From the NCBI RefSeq assembly GCF_006345805.1, contig NC_043006.1, positions 45,198,001-45,262,000 on the forward strand: DNA of 64,000 nucleotides. Direction: 5' to 3'. A model generated the notes under the pieces. That model was not told the origin of the DNA and did not search any database. It worked only from the letters and a program-made list of their open reading frames with translations. Made by a program: the position numbers and the translations under genes. The stretch comes from Octopus sinensis (taxonomy: Eukaryota). Below are positions 26,041 to 38,612 of this stretch, piece after piece; position 1 is the stretch's first letter; each line of letters starts with the position of its first letter.

Positions 26041-28333
26041 TATATATATATATAATATGTTCATAAAACAATGTTATTTTATTGTTACTATAATAGGAAT
26101 TTATTTTTATTCAGACTAATAAAGTATATTCAATTTTGTTGGGAATTTTATTTGGCGTGTTGCAAAATAAATTCTCCTCGCCCAGTGTGTGGTAAGGTAA
26201 AAAAAAAGTTTGGCAGACACTGCTCTGGAAGAACACATACTGTGACACAGATTAGGTGGACAGAGGAAAAGCAATACGTCTTACCTTAACTGCAGGTGAG
26301 AGAGAGGCAACAGGTTACACAACAAAAACGAAAGAAGGAAAGTTTGTTCCACGTGAAAACAGTTATTTCGTCAATCGTTCGTTGCTCTCTGTCTTTCTCT
26401 ACCAGTACGCTGGCGACACCTTTTCCTGTGAAAAAAAAAACGAAGGACACCAGCGTTCGACTGATGTAATCTCTGTTCCCTAAATCAACCACCATCTCGG
26501 CTCATAACATTGCATTTATATATGGTTGTATGCAGAGTATTGTAGGATTCGTCTCTTGTATTATCGGGGTTGATCGTTGTAGAGGCATAAACAAGGCGCT
26601 TGAATAGCTGTAGGCGCGGGAGTGGCTATAGGCGCATGAGTAGCTGTGTGTTAAGTAGCTTCCTTACCAACCACATGGTTCCGGGTTCGGTTCCACTACG
26701 TGACCCCTTGAGCAGGTGTCTTCTACTATAGCCTCAGGCCGACCAAAGCCTTGTGAGTGAATTTGGTAGACGGAAACTGAAAGAAGCTTGTCGTATGCGT
26801 ACATGTGTGTATGTGTGTGTTTGTGTCTCTGTGTTTGTCCCCCCCCACCACCACCACCACTACCATCGTTTGACAACCGATGCTGGAGTGTTTACGTCCC
26901 CGTAACTTAGCGGTTCGGTAAATAAGACCGATAAAATAAGTACTAGGCTTAGAAAGAATAAGTCCTGGGGTCGATTTTGTTCGACTAAAGGCGGTGCTCC
27001 AGCATGGCCGCAGTCAAACGACTGAAACAAATAAAAGAATAAAGATTGACACAGAATAAAGAAACAAATAGAAGAATAAAGAGTGACACAGCATCCCCTT
27101 CCAATAGAAGCTCTCAAAACCATTGTGCATTTAATAATAATAGTTGTTTCGGTTATTGATTTCTTTGGTCGTAACAAAGCGAACGAATAGAAACAGCGTG
27201 ACAGTGTGACCTTTGGCATACAGACACAATCCAACCAATAGGCTTCCGTATAGTTTCCGTCTACCCAATTTTACTCACAAAGCTTGGACTGAACCGAAGC
27301 AATGATGGAAGACACCTGCCCGAGATGACACCTTGTACGCCCGAGATGACACCTTGTACGCCCGAACGTGGGACCTTGTGAATACCAAGTTATATTCTTA
27401 TCCATTTGGCCATGCTGTGTTCACTAATGAGCAACATAAAATACATTGAAATGCCCACCGAATGCTATGCTCATGAATCCCTCATAACTTTTCATGCCGA
27501 CCGTTTATTTTACCCCTCGCCAGGGCTGCATCACAAAAATTTCGATTCTTCTTCATGGTTTTTACAAAATAATTCAGTTTTGAACAACTGATAACGTCAT
27601 TTATAAAAGATACATAAGGCGCCTCAACTTATAGCATTGTTTACTACACACACACACACACACATTCTAAATACATTCAGGAAACAGCCGTCGTCTGACA
27701 GATAAGCAAACGCTCAACATTTTTTCAAATTACCGCCCCGCAGAACAACACTTTCTATATGACATCTGGTCTTCAGATTTTCTTTTTTTTTTTTTTTTGC
27801 GAGTACCCCTGCACCATTTGAAACTAAGTAAATGCGTCGTTTCTTCACCTCTTCCTTTCACAGTAGACCCTCCCCCTTGTAAAAAAAAATTCTTTGTTCA
27901 TTCCTACTTTTGTGGGGAGTTTTATTTGTTGATTTGTGTTTTCTCATAAAAACCAACCTGCAAAAATTCAGTACGTGTACATGTGTGTACGTGTGCGTGG
28001 GTGTATGTGTGTATACATACACCCTCACACAAACGCACACGCACACATATGCATACATACATACATATGTACATACACTCACGCATATATATACACACAC
28101 ACATACATGTATTGCTGAGTGCGAGTGTGTGTGTATGTATATATATATATAATATATATATATATACAGGGTAGGCGTGGCTGCGTGGTAAGAAGCTTAC
28201 TTCCCAATCACAAGGTCCCGAGTTCAGTCCCACTGCGAGGCAGCTTGGGCAAGTGTCTTCTACTGTAACCTCGGACCGACCAAAGCCTTGTAAGTGGAGT
28301 TGGTAGACAAAAACTTAAAGAAGCCCGTCGTAT

Positions 28334-28414
<81 letters not shown>

Positions 28415-28599
28415 GCCATGATAGATCGGTAGCCACTACACACATTTTTATTCTCTCCTTGTTTCTTTCTGTATTCCTTTCTGTGGAAGAGCGTAGGCTC
28501 GAAACGTAAAAGACTTTTTCAATTCCTGTGAGTTATATTAATACATGTGTTTGTTTTCTACACCACCTGTCTTTGTCTTTTGTATTTTTCGTGAATTCT

Positions 28600-28700
<101 letters not shown>

Positions 28701-29254
28701 AGAACAAAACGCAATAGAGGGCATTAAAACATTCAGACAGATAGACAATACAAAGGCGGACAAGAGAAACAACAATTAAGACAGGCAAAAAAGACGGGTC
28801 ATTCGTGGCCTTCTTCTTCAGTCAAGTACCAGAAGTCACGACCATTTCGGGCAGTTACTTGAGATGGTTCGATCTGGTTGCTCCAAAAAAAAGTCTAAGC
28901 TAAGAGCATTAGACCCTTTTGTAAGAAAGTTAGCGAATGTATACGGCAACAAAGACAGAATTACGAATACAATGTGTGTGTGTGCGTGTGTGTGTGTGTG
29001 TGTATTTACGTGTGTGTCTTTGTGTCTGTGTTTGTCCCTCCCCTCCACCATCGCTTGATAACCGATGTTGATGGTGTTTACGTCTCCGCAACTTAGCGGT
29101 TCGTCAAAAGAGATCGATAGTATAAGTACCAGGATTACAAAGAATAACTCCTGGGGTCAATTTCTGCGACTAAATGACGGTGCTCCAGCATGGCTGCAAT
29201 CAAACGACTCAAGTAAGTAAAAGAATAAAATACACACACACACACACAAAGGAA

Positions 29255-29670
29255 ACAGGGATTTCTGTATTATTTTATTCGCTTGGTTTTACATGTTTAC
29301 ACTTTTACACTTTCTTAGTTTGAAGCAATGCATCGGTCCAATTGTGTTTTTCATTATTCGAAGCAGTCGTGGAACTCTTGCGTAGTGATGCCTTTTAACG
29401 ACTCCGTCGTTTTTTCTTCACCTCTTCTACATCTGCAAAACGTTTTCCTTTAAGGATTTTTTTCTTTCGAGGGAACAAAAAGAAAAAACAGTCGCAAGGC
29501 GTAGGAGTGGCTGTGTGGTAAGTAGCTTGCTAACGAACCACGTGGTTCCGGGTTCAGTCCCACTGCATGGCATCTTGGGAAAGTGTCTTGTACTATAGCC
29601 TCGGGCCGACCAAAGCCTTGTGAGTCGATTTGGTAGACGGAAACTGAAAGAAGCCCGTCGTATATATGTG

Positions 29671-29746
<76 letters not shown>

Positions 29747-29768
29747 CACATATATACGACGGGCTTCT

Positions 29769-29800
<32 letters not shown>

Positions 29801-31073
29801 GTGTGTGTGGTGTGTGTGTGTGTATGAATGTGTATATGTTTGTGTGTCTGTGTTTGTCCCCACAACATCGCTTGACAACGGATGCTAGCGTGTTTTCGTC
29901 CCTGTAACCTAGCGGTTCGGCAAAAGAGACCAATAGAATAAGTACTAGGCTTACAAAGAACAAGTCCTGTGGTCGATTTGCTCGACTAAAGGTGGTGCTC
30001 CAGCATAGCCACAGTCAAATGACTGAAACAAGTAAAAGAGTAAAGAGAGAGTAAGGAGCAATTCGGGTGAATAGGGAGGCTGGGTAAGCGGGGTCATGAC
30101 ATTTTTGGTCATAATCTGTCTCACACTCAAGGCGGTGCACATAGGCGCATTGTCGTGATGAAACCCATTTTGCCATATGTCAGAGCGTTTTCGTTTCACC
30201 ACGTCTCGCAAATGCTTCAGAACTGCCAAGTAAAATGCCTGGTTAACAGTTTGACCAGGAGGAACAAATTCTGTGTGAACAATTCCTTTCGCAACGATGA
30301 AACAAATCAGCATCGTTTTGACATTGGACTTGACTTGACGCGCTTTTCTGGGGTGTGGTGACATCGAATGCTTCCATTGACTTGATTGCTACTCCATTTT
30401 CGAGTCGTAACCGTAGCACCAGTTTTCGTCACCAGGGACGACCTTCGACAAAGTGTCCTGACCAACTTCCAACTGTTCTTTCAGTTCACGACACGCATTC
30501 AGTCGTGACTGCTTTTGAACTTCCGTGAGCAAGTGAGGCACAAATTTTGCTGCAACTCTTTTCATTCGGAATTCCTCGTTCAAAATTCGTTGGCTGGAGC
30601 TCCAGGACACACCAGTCATATCAACAAGTTCGTCAGTTATTCGGCCAGGCTCCTCCTAGATCAGTTCGTGATGTTTCATTCGTTCGGGAGATCGACGGTT
30701 ACTCTGAACGAGGTTGGTCTTCAAGCGACAAGTAACCATTCGTAAACCACTCGTAAACTTTTGTTTTGTTCGTGACAGCGTCCTTGTAAGCTGTTTGAGG
30801 CATGACAATTGTTTTGGCCGCCATTTTCCCCGGCAGAAAACAATTTCATGGAAGCACGCTGTTCCTTCGTTTTAGCCATCGCAAAAATCGACGAACAGGG
30901 GAGAAGCACTGCAAAACAAAGACGCACCAGGTGGCAGTGCGAACTGACACGACGATGCTGGTCGGTAGACTAATGCCTGAGGGTCGCATCAAGCGGCTTC
31001 TAGCGGCGGAAGCCTGAACTACAACGGGTTTTTTCCACAGCGAATGTTTCCAGTTATTTTTGGGTACCTCCTC

Positions 31074-31074
<1 letters not shown>
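29255..31074 (-). mobile_element. Degraded near-complete mariner, interrupted by a SINE at 29500-30052
   Basis: Left terminus ta|cgaggaggtacccaaaaataac. Transposase pieces: MAKTKEQRA, AAKFVPHLLT...GDENWCYGYD, HHDNAP...PPYSPEL, and beyond the SINE PCD..FLFP..KILKGKRFADVEEVK. The right end is approximate. Confidence 0.88.
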
Positions 31075-31113
<39 letters not shown>

Positions 31114-31139
31114 ACATATATATGAATATACATACGCAC

Positions 31140-31186
<47 letters not shown>

Positions 31187-31247
31187 TAAAAACGGTAAGA
31201 TAGCAAAAGAAAGAAAGAGACCGCGATATTATGTGGAAGAAATTATC

Positions 31248-31476
31248 GTGACAATTATTCGGTAGCCAAGATAAAACTCCGATTTTCGGATGCCGGGGTG
31301 GAAATCCACGCCGCCATCTCTTCAGTTATCCGGCCATCGGAAAAACGGTATGAAAAATGACCGTTATTTCTCATACCATTTTTCCGATGGCCGGATAACT
31401 GAAGAGATGGTGGCGTGGATTTCCACCCCGGCATCCGAAACTCGGAGGTTTATCTTGGCTACCGAATAATTGTCAC
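31248..31476. repeat. 229-bp near-perfect palindrome, probably a Penelope-like element terminus
   Basis: 111-bp arms at 31248-31358 and 31366-31476 with 5 mismatches and a 7-nt spacer. The palindrome is directly seen; the Penelope assignment is inferred. Confidence 0.9.
31393..31455 (+). ncRNA. Type I hammerhead-ribozyme-like motif (degenerate); mirror copy on - strand at 31269-31331
   Basis: ggataa-CTGAAGA-[gatg...catc c]-GAAA-ctcggag-g-t-ttatct: stem I 6 bp, intact CUGANGA and GAAA boxes, long stem II with a bulge, short stem III. Position 16.1 is G in this arm. Confidence 0.5.
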
Positions 31477-31553
31477 ATACTACATTTACAGATATATATA
31501 TATATATGTATATATATATGTACACACTCACATCTACATGTATATATACATGC

Positions 31554-31597
<44 letters not shown>

Positions 31598-31599
31598 AA

Positions 31600-31930
31600 T
31601 ATATATATATATGAGTACAGGACACCACAAATAAACGCAGAACACAACGAGAGACGAAAACATCAAATCAAACAAGGAAACGGACCCCTTTTAAACATCG
31701 AAAAAACAGAGTACAGGACAAACAATACAAGGAAAATTCCCCTTCATCAGCTGCCCCTGGTTTGACTCAATGCGTGTTTCTAAGGTAAGGGCAGAACACG
31801 GACAGGCCGAAAAAGTCCTTCCTGCAAAAGGAATTAAATAAAATTCCTTTGCAGAGGGGTAAAACAAGTGACAAAAACAGGACATAAAAGCAATACAAAT
31901 GAAGAAAAAACAGTAGAAAAAACAGTACAA
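31600..31930 (-). repeat. Interspersed repeat, probable Penelope-like terminal region; related copy at ~47200-47520 (+)
   Basis: Colinear similarity between the two loci (aattttatttaatt...gaaac...ctga(t/a)gaaggggaat). Family assignment is tentative. Confidence 0.5.
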
Positions 31931-32344
31931 ATAAAGAAACAGGACAGGGAACCAACAATACGTGTGTTTGTGAGAGAGAGGGGGATGGGGAAGTGGAAGA
32001 GAACGAACTTAATAGAAGATTTATAGTGATGTATTTATTACAAGCTGAAACATATACGATACATGGCATTCACAGTCATTAAGCAAAGACTCAAGAATTT
32101 GCTGGTTTTTGTTGTTGGTAATGCTCACTTTTCTCTACCAGTTGGATAATGGAATTGGTAGAAGTTCCATTCTAACAGGTGCACGCAAGGTCTGTATGGT
32201 TAAGAATCCCACTTTGCAACCAAGTGGTTTAGAGGTCAGTCCTACTGTGTGGAACCTTGGGCAAGTGCTTTCTACAATATACAGTTTCGGGCCGACCAGT
32301 GTCTTGTGAATGAATTTGGTAGACGTAAACTGTGGAAGCCCATC

Positions 32345-32393
<49 letters not shown>

Positions 32394-33581
32394 CGTGCGT
32401 GTGTGTGTGCGTCTTTGTTTTTGTCCTCCACCACCGCCTGACAGCCGGTGTTGGTTTGTTTACGTCACCATAATCAAGGGGCTCGGCAAAAGAGATCGAT
32501 AGAATGAGTGCCAGACATAAAAATAATTACTGGGGTCCAATTTGTTCAACTAAGCCCTTCAAGGTCGTGCCCCACCATGGCCGCAGTCCATTGACTGAAA
32601 TAAGTAAACGATAAGGATACTAATGTATAGAGGGTTTGTGGCGATAAAGACGACGTTCTCGTAAAAATCTCTGATTGATTAAAGTGAACTAGTAGTCTGT
32701 TTCGGGAGGAGTTTAGGTCAGGGACTACTAAAGATACGATTATTTGCAAATTTATTCTTAATGCATCCAGGCAAAATATGCTGGTCACTGTAGTGTATGT
32801 CGTAGGAGAATAACTTAGAATCCCGGTGCGCTAATGAACCGAGTGTTCAACATACTCTGTTCGTTAGCACACGGAGATTCTAAGACACCAGTATTTCGAC
32901 ATGCGTCTCGTCAACCAGAATCACCTAGACTACTATAGATAACTTTCTGAAATCTTTAGTTTCACAGTGCTACTGGTTTCAAATAAACTATACAAGTATG
33001 GAAGTGCGGTCAGATCCGTCTATCCAAAATGAGCACTAAGTGACGAAACCGTTTCGCAGGCAAATCATTCAGTGTCTGGGCGTTGTTGTTTGTAGCAGTT
33101 ATGTCGAGCAATAAATAGCTGTCGCGTTTGGAACAGATCCGGCTATCTACAGGGTCTATCGTAATGATTGTTTCGTCGTTGTTCCTGTAGCAAAAGAGGT
33201 TGTGTAACAGACGAAGTGGAAATGTCTGCAGACAGACATTTTCTTCACTTGTAGAACTATCATCGACTTTTGTTGGAATTTCTTATCATACCTACAGCAC
33301 CTATTATTATACGGATTTGTTTCTCCCTTCAGTTTCTCTATTCGGGTTATCTCTATTTCCAGATGTTTTTATTTCGCTAGTTTCTTCAATTTTTTTTTTT
33401 CTAAAGACACTATCATCTGCTAGAACTGACATGGTGATTAAATTCTTTTTTCCTGGTTTCCTTACCAGTAATTCTAGTCATCTCTGGATGTGTTCTTTCG
33501 TTGCCAAGACTGGACAGCCACAGACAATTTAATTTCTTAGTTTCTCCCAATCACTACATGTTCTGCTGTTGCTTATTGTAT

Positions 33582-33996
33582 CAGCACCGGATTAACCATT
33601 AAGCAAAATAAGCACGTGCTTAAGGCATCAAGGGAAGGGCTGTGTCATCACGGAAATTGTAAATGGTTTAAGGAACAAAAGAAATCACTTTAAACTTGCT
33701 TAAATGATATTCAGAGTGATCTATATGATCGGAAATATAATTTCGAAGTATTCATGGTGTCATAATGATGATGTGATCAATGACTTTGGAATTAAAAAAA
33801 AAAAAGTAGAAAACTTTTCAAATATAAAGTGGAAGTATACAAAAATAAATATTCCATCTTACTGTTAACTTTGTTACATCTTGAAGAATAAAAATTTATT
33901 TTATGCTTCATAATTGTTTATATTTGGAATTATATATACGGAGGCACCGAAATCTTTTCCGTTCTTAGAGCTTCTGTGGGCCTTAATCCCGCCTTG
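33582..33996 (+). mobile_element. Non-autonomous hAT element
   Basis: Imperfect TIRs cagcaccggattaa / ttaatcccgccttg and 8-bp TSD tattgtat / tattgcat. Internal DDVINDFGIKK..RK resembles a hAT C-terminus. A related left end occurs at ~47934. Confidence 0.78.
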
Positions 33997-34117
33997 TATT
34001 GCATTCTACTTCATTATTATTTTAGCATCTTAACTCCCATATTACAGTTATTATTTGTCTCGTCATGTTTTAGTTTCCCGTTTTAGCTTTCTCATATATA
34101 TATGTGTGTGTGTGTAT

Positions 34118-34481
34118 GTATTATATATACATAATCCGTTCTGTCTGTCTGTGTCTTCTAGAATCTCGGGCATCCTCCATCCGATTGCGCTCAAATTTGA
34201 TATGTAGATACCGACGCTTTCAGGGCGTGTATAAGTCTTGAAAAAATTACAAAATTCGATTCCAGGTGAGAATGCGATCGATAAAGTGAATAAAATCGTT
34301 TTTCTTTGGAATAGAAAAAATGTCTATCTTTATTTCTTCTTTTGCTGGTGTCTCAAATTTAGGTTAAATCAGTGTTTCTCAAAGGGGAGGCCTATGGGAC
34401 GGTCGGACAAGTTGTTTTGAGAAAATTTGGTTTAAATGTTTGACAACTCAGCACCGTCCATTGGACGGGGGGTGTTTTCCT

Positions 34482-34483
<2 letters not shown>
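34118..34483 (+). mobile_element. Non-autonomous Helitron, same family as 13140-13476
   Basis: Colinear reverse-complement match to 13140-13476, including the 3' hairpin. Confidence 0.75.
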
Positions 34484-34542
<59 letters not shown>

Positions 34543-34781
34543 TTATAATCCTTTGTATCTGTCTGTTCCCAATGCATTCTCAAACAGCTCAAAAGAAATT
34601 TTACATGCTACTTCTATGAGACCCCAAGAGTGTTAACATGTAATTTTGGGAGATTAATTTACACTGCATACAAAAATACAAACATACTATATACGGTACG
34701 TTATTAAACACACACGCGCACACACACACACACACATCTACACATACATGTACACATACATGTACATACCCGACAACTTGA

Positions 34782-34980
34782 TTTTTTTTTATTAACCACA
34801 CAGGGTCGAAACACAGAAGAGATATCGCAAGGACAGACAAAACACAAAAGTGAGGGGGAAATAAAATCGAATGAAACGAATGGTAATGATAAATGAAAAT
34901 GTGGAATGACGTCTACTCGAACCCCACACTCCAGTTAACATCATTGAACGTTTTTAGAAAAACAATTTTTAACACATGTT
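34782..34980 (-). mobile_element. Isolated 3' UTR and tail of a Tx1-family element
   Basis: Minus strand ends ttttgtctgtccttgcgatatctcttctgtgtttcgaccctgtgtggttaataaaaaaaa, resembling the other tails. Confidence 0.55.
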
Positions 34981-35009
34981 ATTTTATTTTTGTCTCTTTC
35001 TCTGTGCTG

Positions 35010-35424
35010 TGAGAAGTACGGTTTCGTGTTTGCCAGTAGACTCCATTGCAACATTGCGCTGTTGTGAGGAGCTTACAAGAGGAAATTTTACTGTGTTTAG
35101 CCTGCTAGCGGGCTTAGTTTCTTGAAGCGAAGAGGTAGAATATGATGATATAAAGAGAGACATTAAGTGGTAAGTAAAAATTATTGAGAATTAATTATTA
35201 GAAAATAAAGAGAACTGTGAATGGACAATGAATGTTTTAAAAGGAAAGAAAAAGAAATTTTGTACAAACAATTAATTATAAACACGTAACCATTCCGGAT
35301 TGGGGTCGGGGTGGCCGTCTCATCGTCATTATACAAATTCATGTAGTTTATTTTTCATATGTTATATGCCATCTCGTGTTTTATTTGTCCCCTCTTTGTT
35401 GGCTCCTTGTGGGTAATAAATAAT
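35010..35424 (+). mobile_element. Heavily deleted ORF1-only Tx1 derivative (array unit A)
   Basis: 5' piece homologous to units B and C, joined to EVEYDDIKRDIKW* and the same 3' UTR and tail as unit B. The start is approximate. Confidence 0.7.
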
Positions 35425-36463
35425 CAGACCGACATGCGTGAAGCGCGGTCTTGCTAGTTGAGTGCCTGCCGGTAGACTTTTCATTGCAGCACTGTGTTGT
35501 CGCGAGGAGTTTGCAAAGGGAAGTTTTGCTGTGTTTAGCTTGCTGGCGCGCCTGGTTCCTTGTTTTGGGGCGAAGAAAATGGAGACGAAGAATTGTGCTA
35601 CAGCGGCTGGACGATGGAGTGCTGTGGATCCACGTGTGCTGGAGCAGCATGAAGTGGACTTCAAGGTGGATAGTTTTAAGAAATACCAAGAAATGGTGGG
35701 GATGGAGGGGAATAATATAAAGTTGACCCCCCCCCTCCCAGAAGATGAAGGAAATAGTCTATAGAATGTTTATAGAACTACAGCAGAAAAAACACAAGAT
35801 GCAGGAAGCAGAAGCATGCTCAACGAAAGAACCATCAATAACAAGCAGATGTAATGTACTCGCAGTTTCACCGAAAAAGACCATCATAAACAGAACTAAA
35901 TCCCCAAGCAAGCACACACACACATACACACACGACACGCAACAGGATGAAAACAGAAACTGCATATATTTAACATACTGCGCAAGTTCAAAAATTGAAA
36001 GGAAAATATGTAAAATGAAAAATATTACGAGGGTTAAATTTACAGAGAGATATAAGAAAATGAAATGTATTTTAGCAGAGGAAGGAAAATACAGAACATT
36101 AAAAGAAGCATTTCCATCGGAAATGAAACCATTGGGGCCGGGTGTGAGAAATGAACCCCGTCCTCCAGTGATGGATTATGAAGATATTAAAAAAGACGTA
36201 AAATGGTAAGTAAAAAGTATTGTGAAATAATTATTAGGAAGAAAAAAGAGAACTGTGAATGGACAATGAATGTCTTAAAAGGGAAAAAAAAAATTTTTGT
36301 ATAAACATTTGAATTAATTGTAAACACGTAACCATCCCGAAGTAGGGCCGGAGTGCCCATCTCATCCTCATAATATAAATTTATGTAATTCATTTTTCAT
36401 GTTATATGTCCCCACATGTTTCGTTTGTCCCCTCTTCGTAGCCCCTTGCGGATAATAAAAAAT
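35425..36463 (+). mobile_element. Internally deleted ORF1-only Tx1 derivative (array unit B)
   Basis: ORF1 N-terminus (HEVDFKV...KEIVYR) is joined to a C-terminal part ending DYEDIKKDVKW* at 36209, followed directly by 3' UTR and tail gtcccctcttcgtagccccttgcggataataaaaaat. Confidence 0.78.
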
Positions 36464-37012
36464 CAGCTTGTCGAGTTCCGTCGGGAGACTTTGCATTGCA
36501 ACATTGTGCTGTTGTGAGGAGTTTGCAAAGGGAAGTTTTGCTGTGTTTGGCCTGCTAGCGGGCCTGTGTTGTTTTTTGGTGAGGCTAATGGAGACGAGGA
36601 GTTGTGCCGCAACGGCTAGAGGACGTAGTGCCGTCGATCCGCGTGTGCTGGAGCAGCATGAAGTGGACTTCAAGGTGTATGGTTTTGGGAAATACCAAGA
36701 AGTGGGGGAGGGGGATACCATGGAGTTGCCCCCCCCTCCCAGAAGAGGAAAAAACAGAATGGAGAAGAAGGAAATAGTCTATAGAAAGTTTTCGAGAAGG
36801 AAAAGAAGAATCGATATTGCAGCAGAGGAAGAAGTGGAGAAGTACCTAGAAGATATCAAAGATAGCATCACTTTTTTCTCAAGAGGAAGAAAGTATGGTA
36901 CAGTGGCGGTCACTTTTGTCTCCAAGGAGGAGGCGAGAAAGTACTCCGACGTAGCGTTATGTTCGGTGGAATGGACTCTCCTGCTTACCTACCTAGGTAG
37001 AAAAATTTGTTC
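36464..37012 (+). mobile_element. 5' ORF1 fragment of the same family (array unit C), 3'-truncated
   Basis: EVDFKV...KEIVYRKFSRRK...SRGRKYGTVAVTFVSKEEARKYS...TYLGRK aligns by eye with ORF1 of the full-length element. Confidence 0.75.
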
Positions 37013-38612
37013 AGAATGGGTCATCTCGTCATTTACTCAGACTATTCATAATACTTTCAATCAAAATAACGATGACATTCCTTGCTGCCCACTTCGGTTT
37101 TGATTTTCAGCTTAAGCTTTGATTTCACTTTTCCGAGAGTGATAATATTGTTATCTGTTTCAAAACTGAGGAACGTAGACAGAAAATTAATTGATCCTTT
37201 TGCCATCCTGGGGGTGATTGAAAACAAGAGAAATTCTACTGGGCTATAATCTTTTTAAATGAATCGAAGCTTTATGTTAATAAATAATTTAGGTGCTAGT
37301 TTACATTTTTACGTAACCTTTTTTGAATAACTTTAAATATTTAAAATTAAATTTCAAAGCACTGGCATGAACGAATGGATCAAAAATTTACTTTTTAACC
37401 AAAAAAAAACACACACAAACACACATTTCGCTCTGAAATAGTCAAGAAAACTCTGGGGTCACATGACTGAATTCAGGTCTTAAGAAGGGATCAAAAATAT
37501 TCTCTCCATTGGTTAAATCTCTTTAAAAAGCTAGCGTGGGTGTATGGTAAAATTGCTTCCGCGCATGCGTCGGGTTATTTGCTGTGTTGATTTTTGACAA
37601 GACGGACGGAATTTTTTGAGCTGCTTGCCAGCGGTTTGTTGGTGAATGTTGTACCAGTGGAAAAGAATGTATTCGGACCTTAGCGAGTATGAACTATCCT
37701 CAGCAGAGGAGGATTTCGTTAAGGCGGTAAACAGAATGGACGGTCATTTAGAAAGAGTAAAGAGTTTTGCTGAGGCTGCAGCGATAAAGAAAAGGGAAGT
37801 GAACCTAAACGGATTGAAGGAGCTGTGTAAGATGACACAGAAAGTGGGCAGTGATGTAAAGTTATTACCCCGAAAAGGGTTATGGTAAATATGGAAAAGA
37901 AGACTATTACCTACAAGGTGCACTCAGTGGAGAGTAGGAAGGTGGAGCGGATGGAGATGGAAAAAGTAGAAAAAGTTCTGAAAGGGCTTTCGAAGGAAGT
38001 AAGATATACAGCAAAAGGAAACGGATATGGGACGGTGGTTGTCCAGTTTAGGACAGAAGAGGAAGCAAAGAGGCTGGCGAGTACGACTGTAGAAACTGAG
38101 GAACTAGTACTCTACCCACCTACCTTGGAAGGTAGACTTCTAAGGTGAGGGTAGAAGGAATTCCACCTGACATAGAAGTGGCTTGGGTTGCGGCAGCCGT
38201 CCTCGTTGGAAGTGAGGAAGAGGTGGCTGTCCTCCAAGCCACAGAGACAGAGGAAGGAGGCTATAAAGGAAAAATACTGGAAATGATCATACAAGCGGAG
38301 GCGAAGGAGCTGGAAAATTTGGCGGAAGCGGTGACGTTGGGAGAAATAGTATTAAGAGTATGGGTTATTTCTTTATTATGATTATAAAAATCGATTACAC
38401 AGAAGGACAAATACAGGACATACATACAAAAAACATTTAAGAGATTCGTTTAAAAATTTTCATTTACATTTGGATTATTCATTATAACATAAATGTCCTT
38501 TACATGACCAGTAGAACAAACAACAGTACATGAACTTATAATCTCACTGGAGTTTTACACCCCGGCAATTTATGAGGCCCCGCAGCTTTTATTTCCTCTC
38601 CTTCCTCCATGG

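Noticed and set aside
28478-28512. gaagagcgtaggctcgaaacgt, a hammerhead-like half; similar GAAA...CTGANGA arrangements at 7150-7185, 28800-28860, 31740-31790 and 47370-47410
   Set aside because: The CUGANGA box or the stem II/III geometry is broken in each case, and no complete fold can be drawn.
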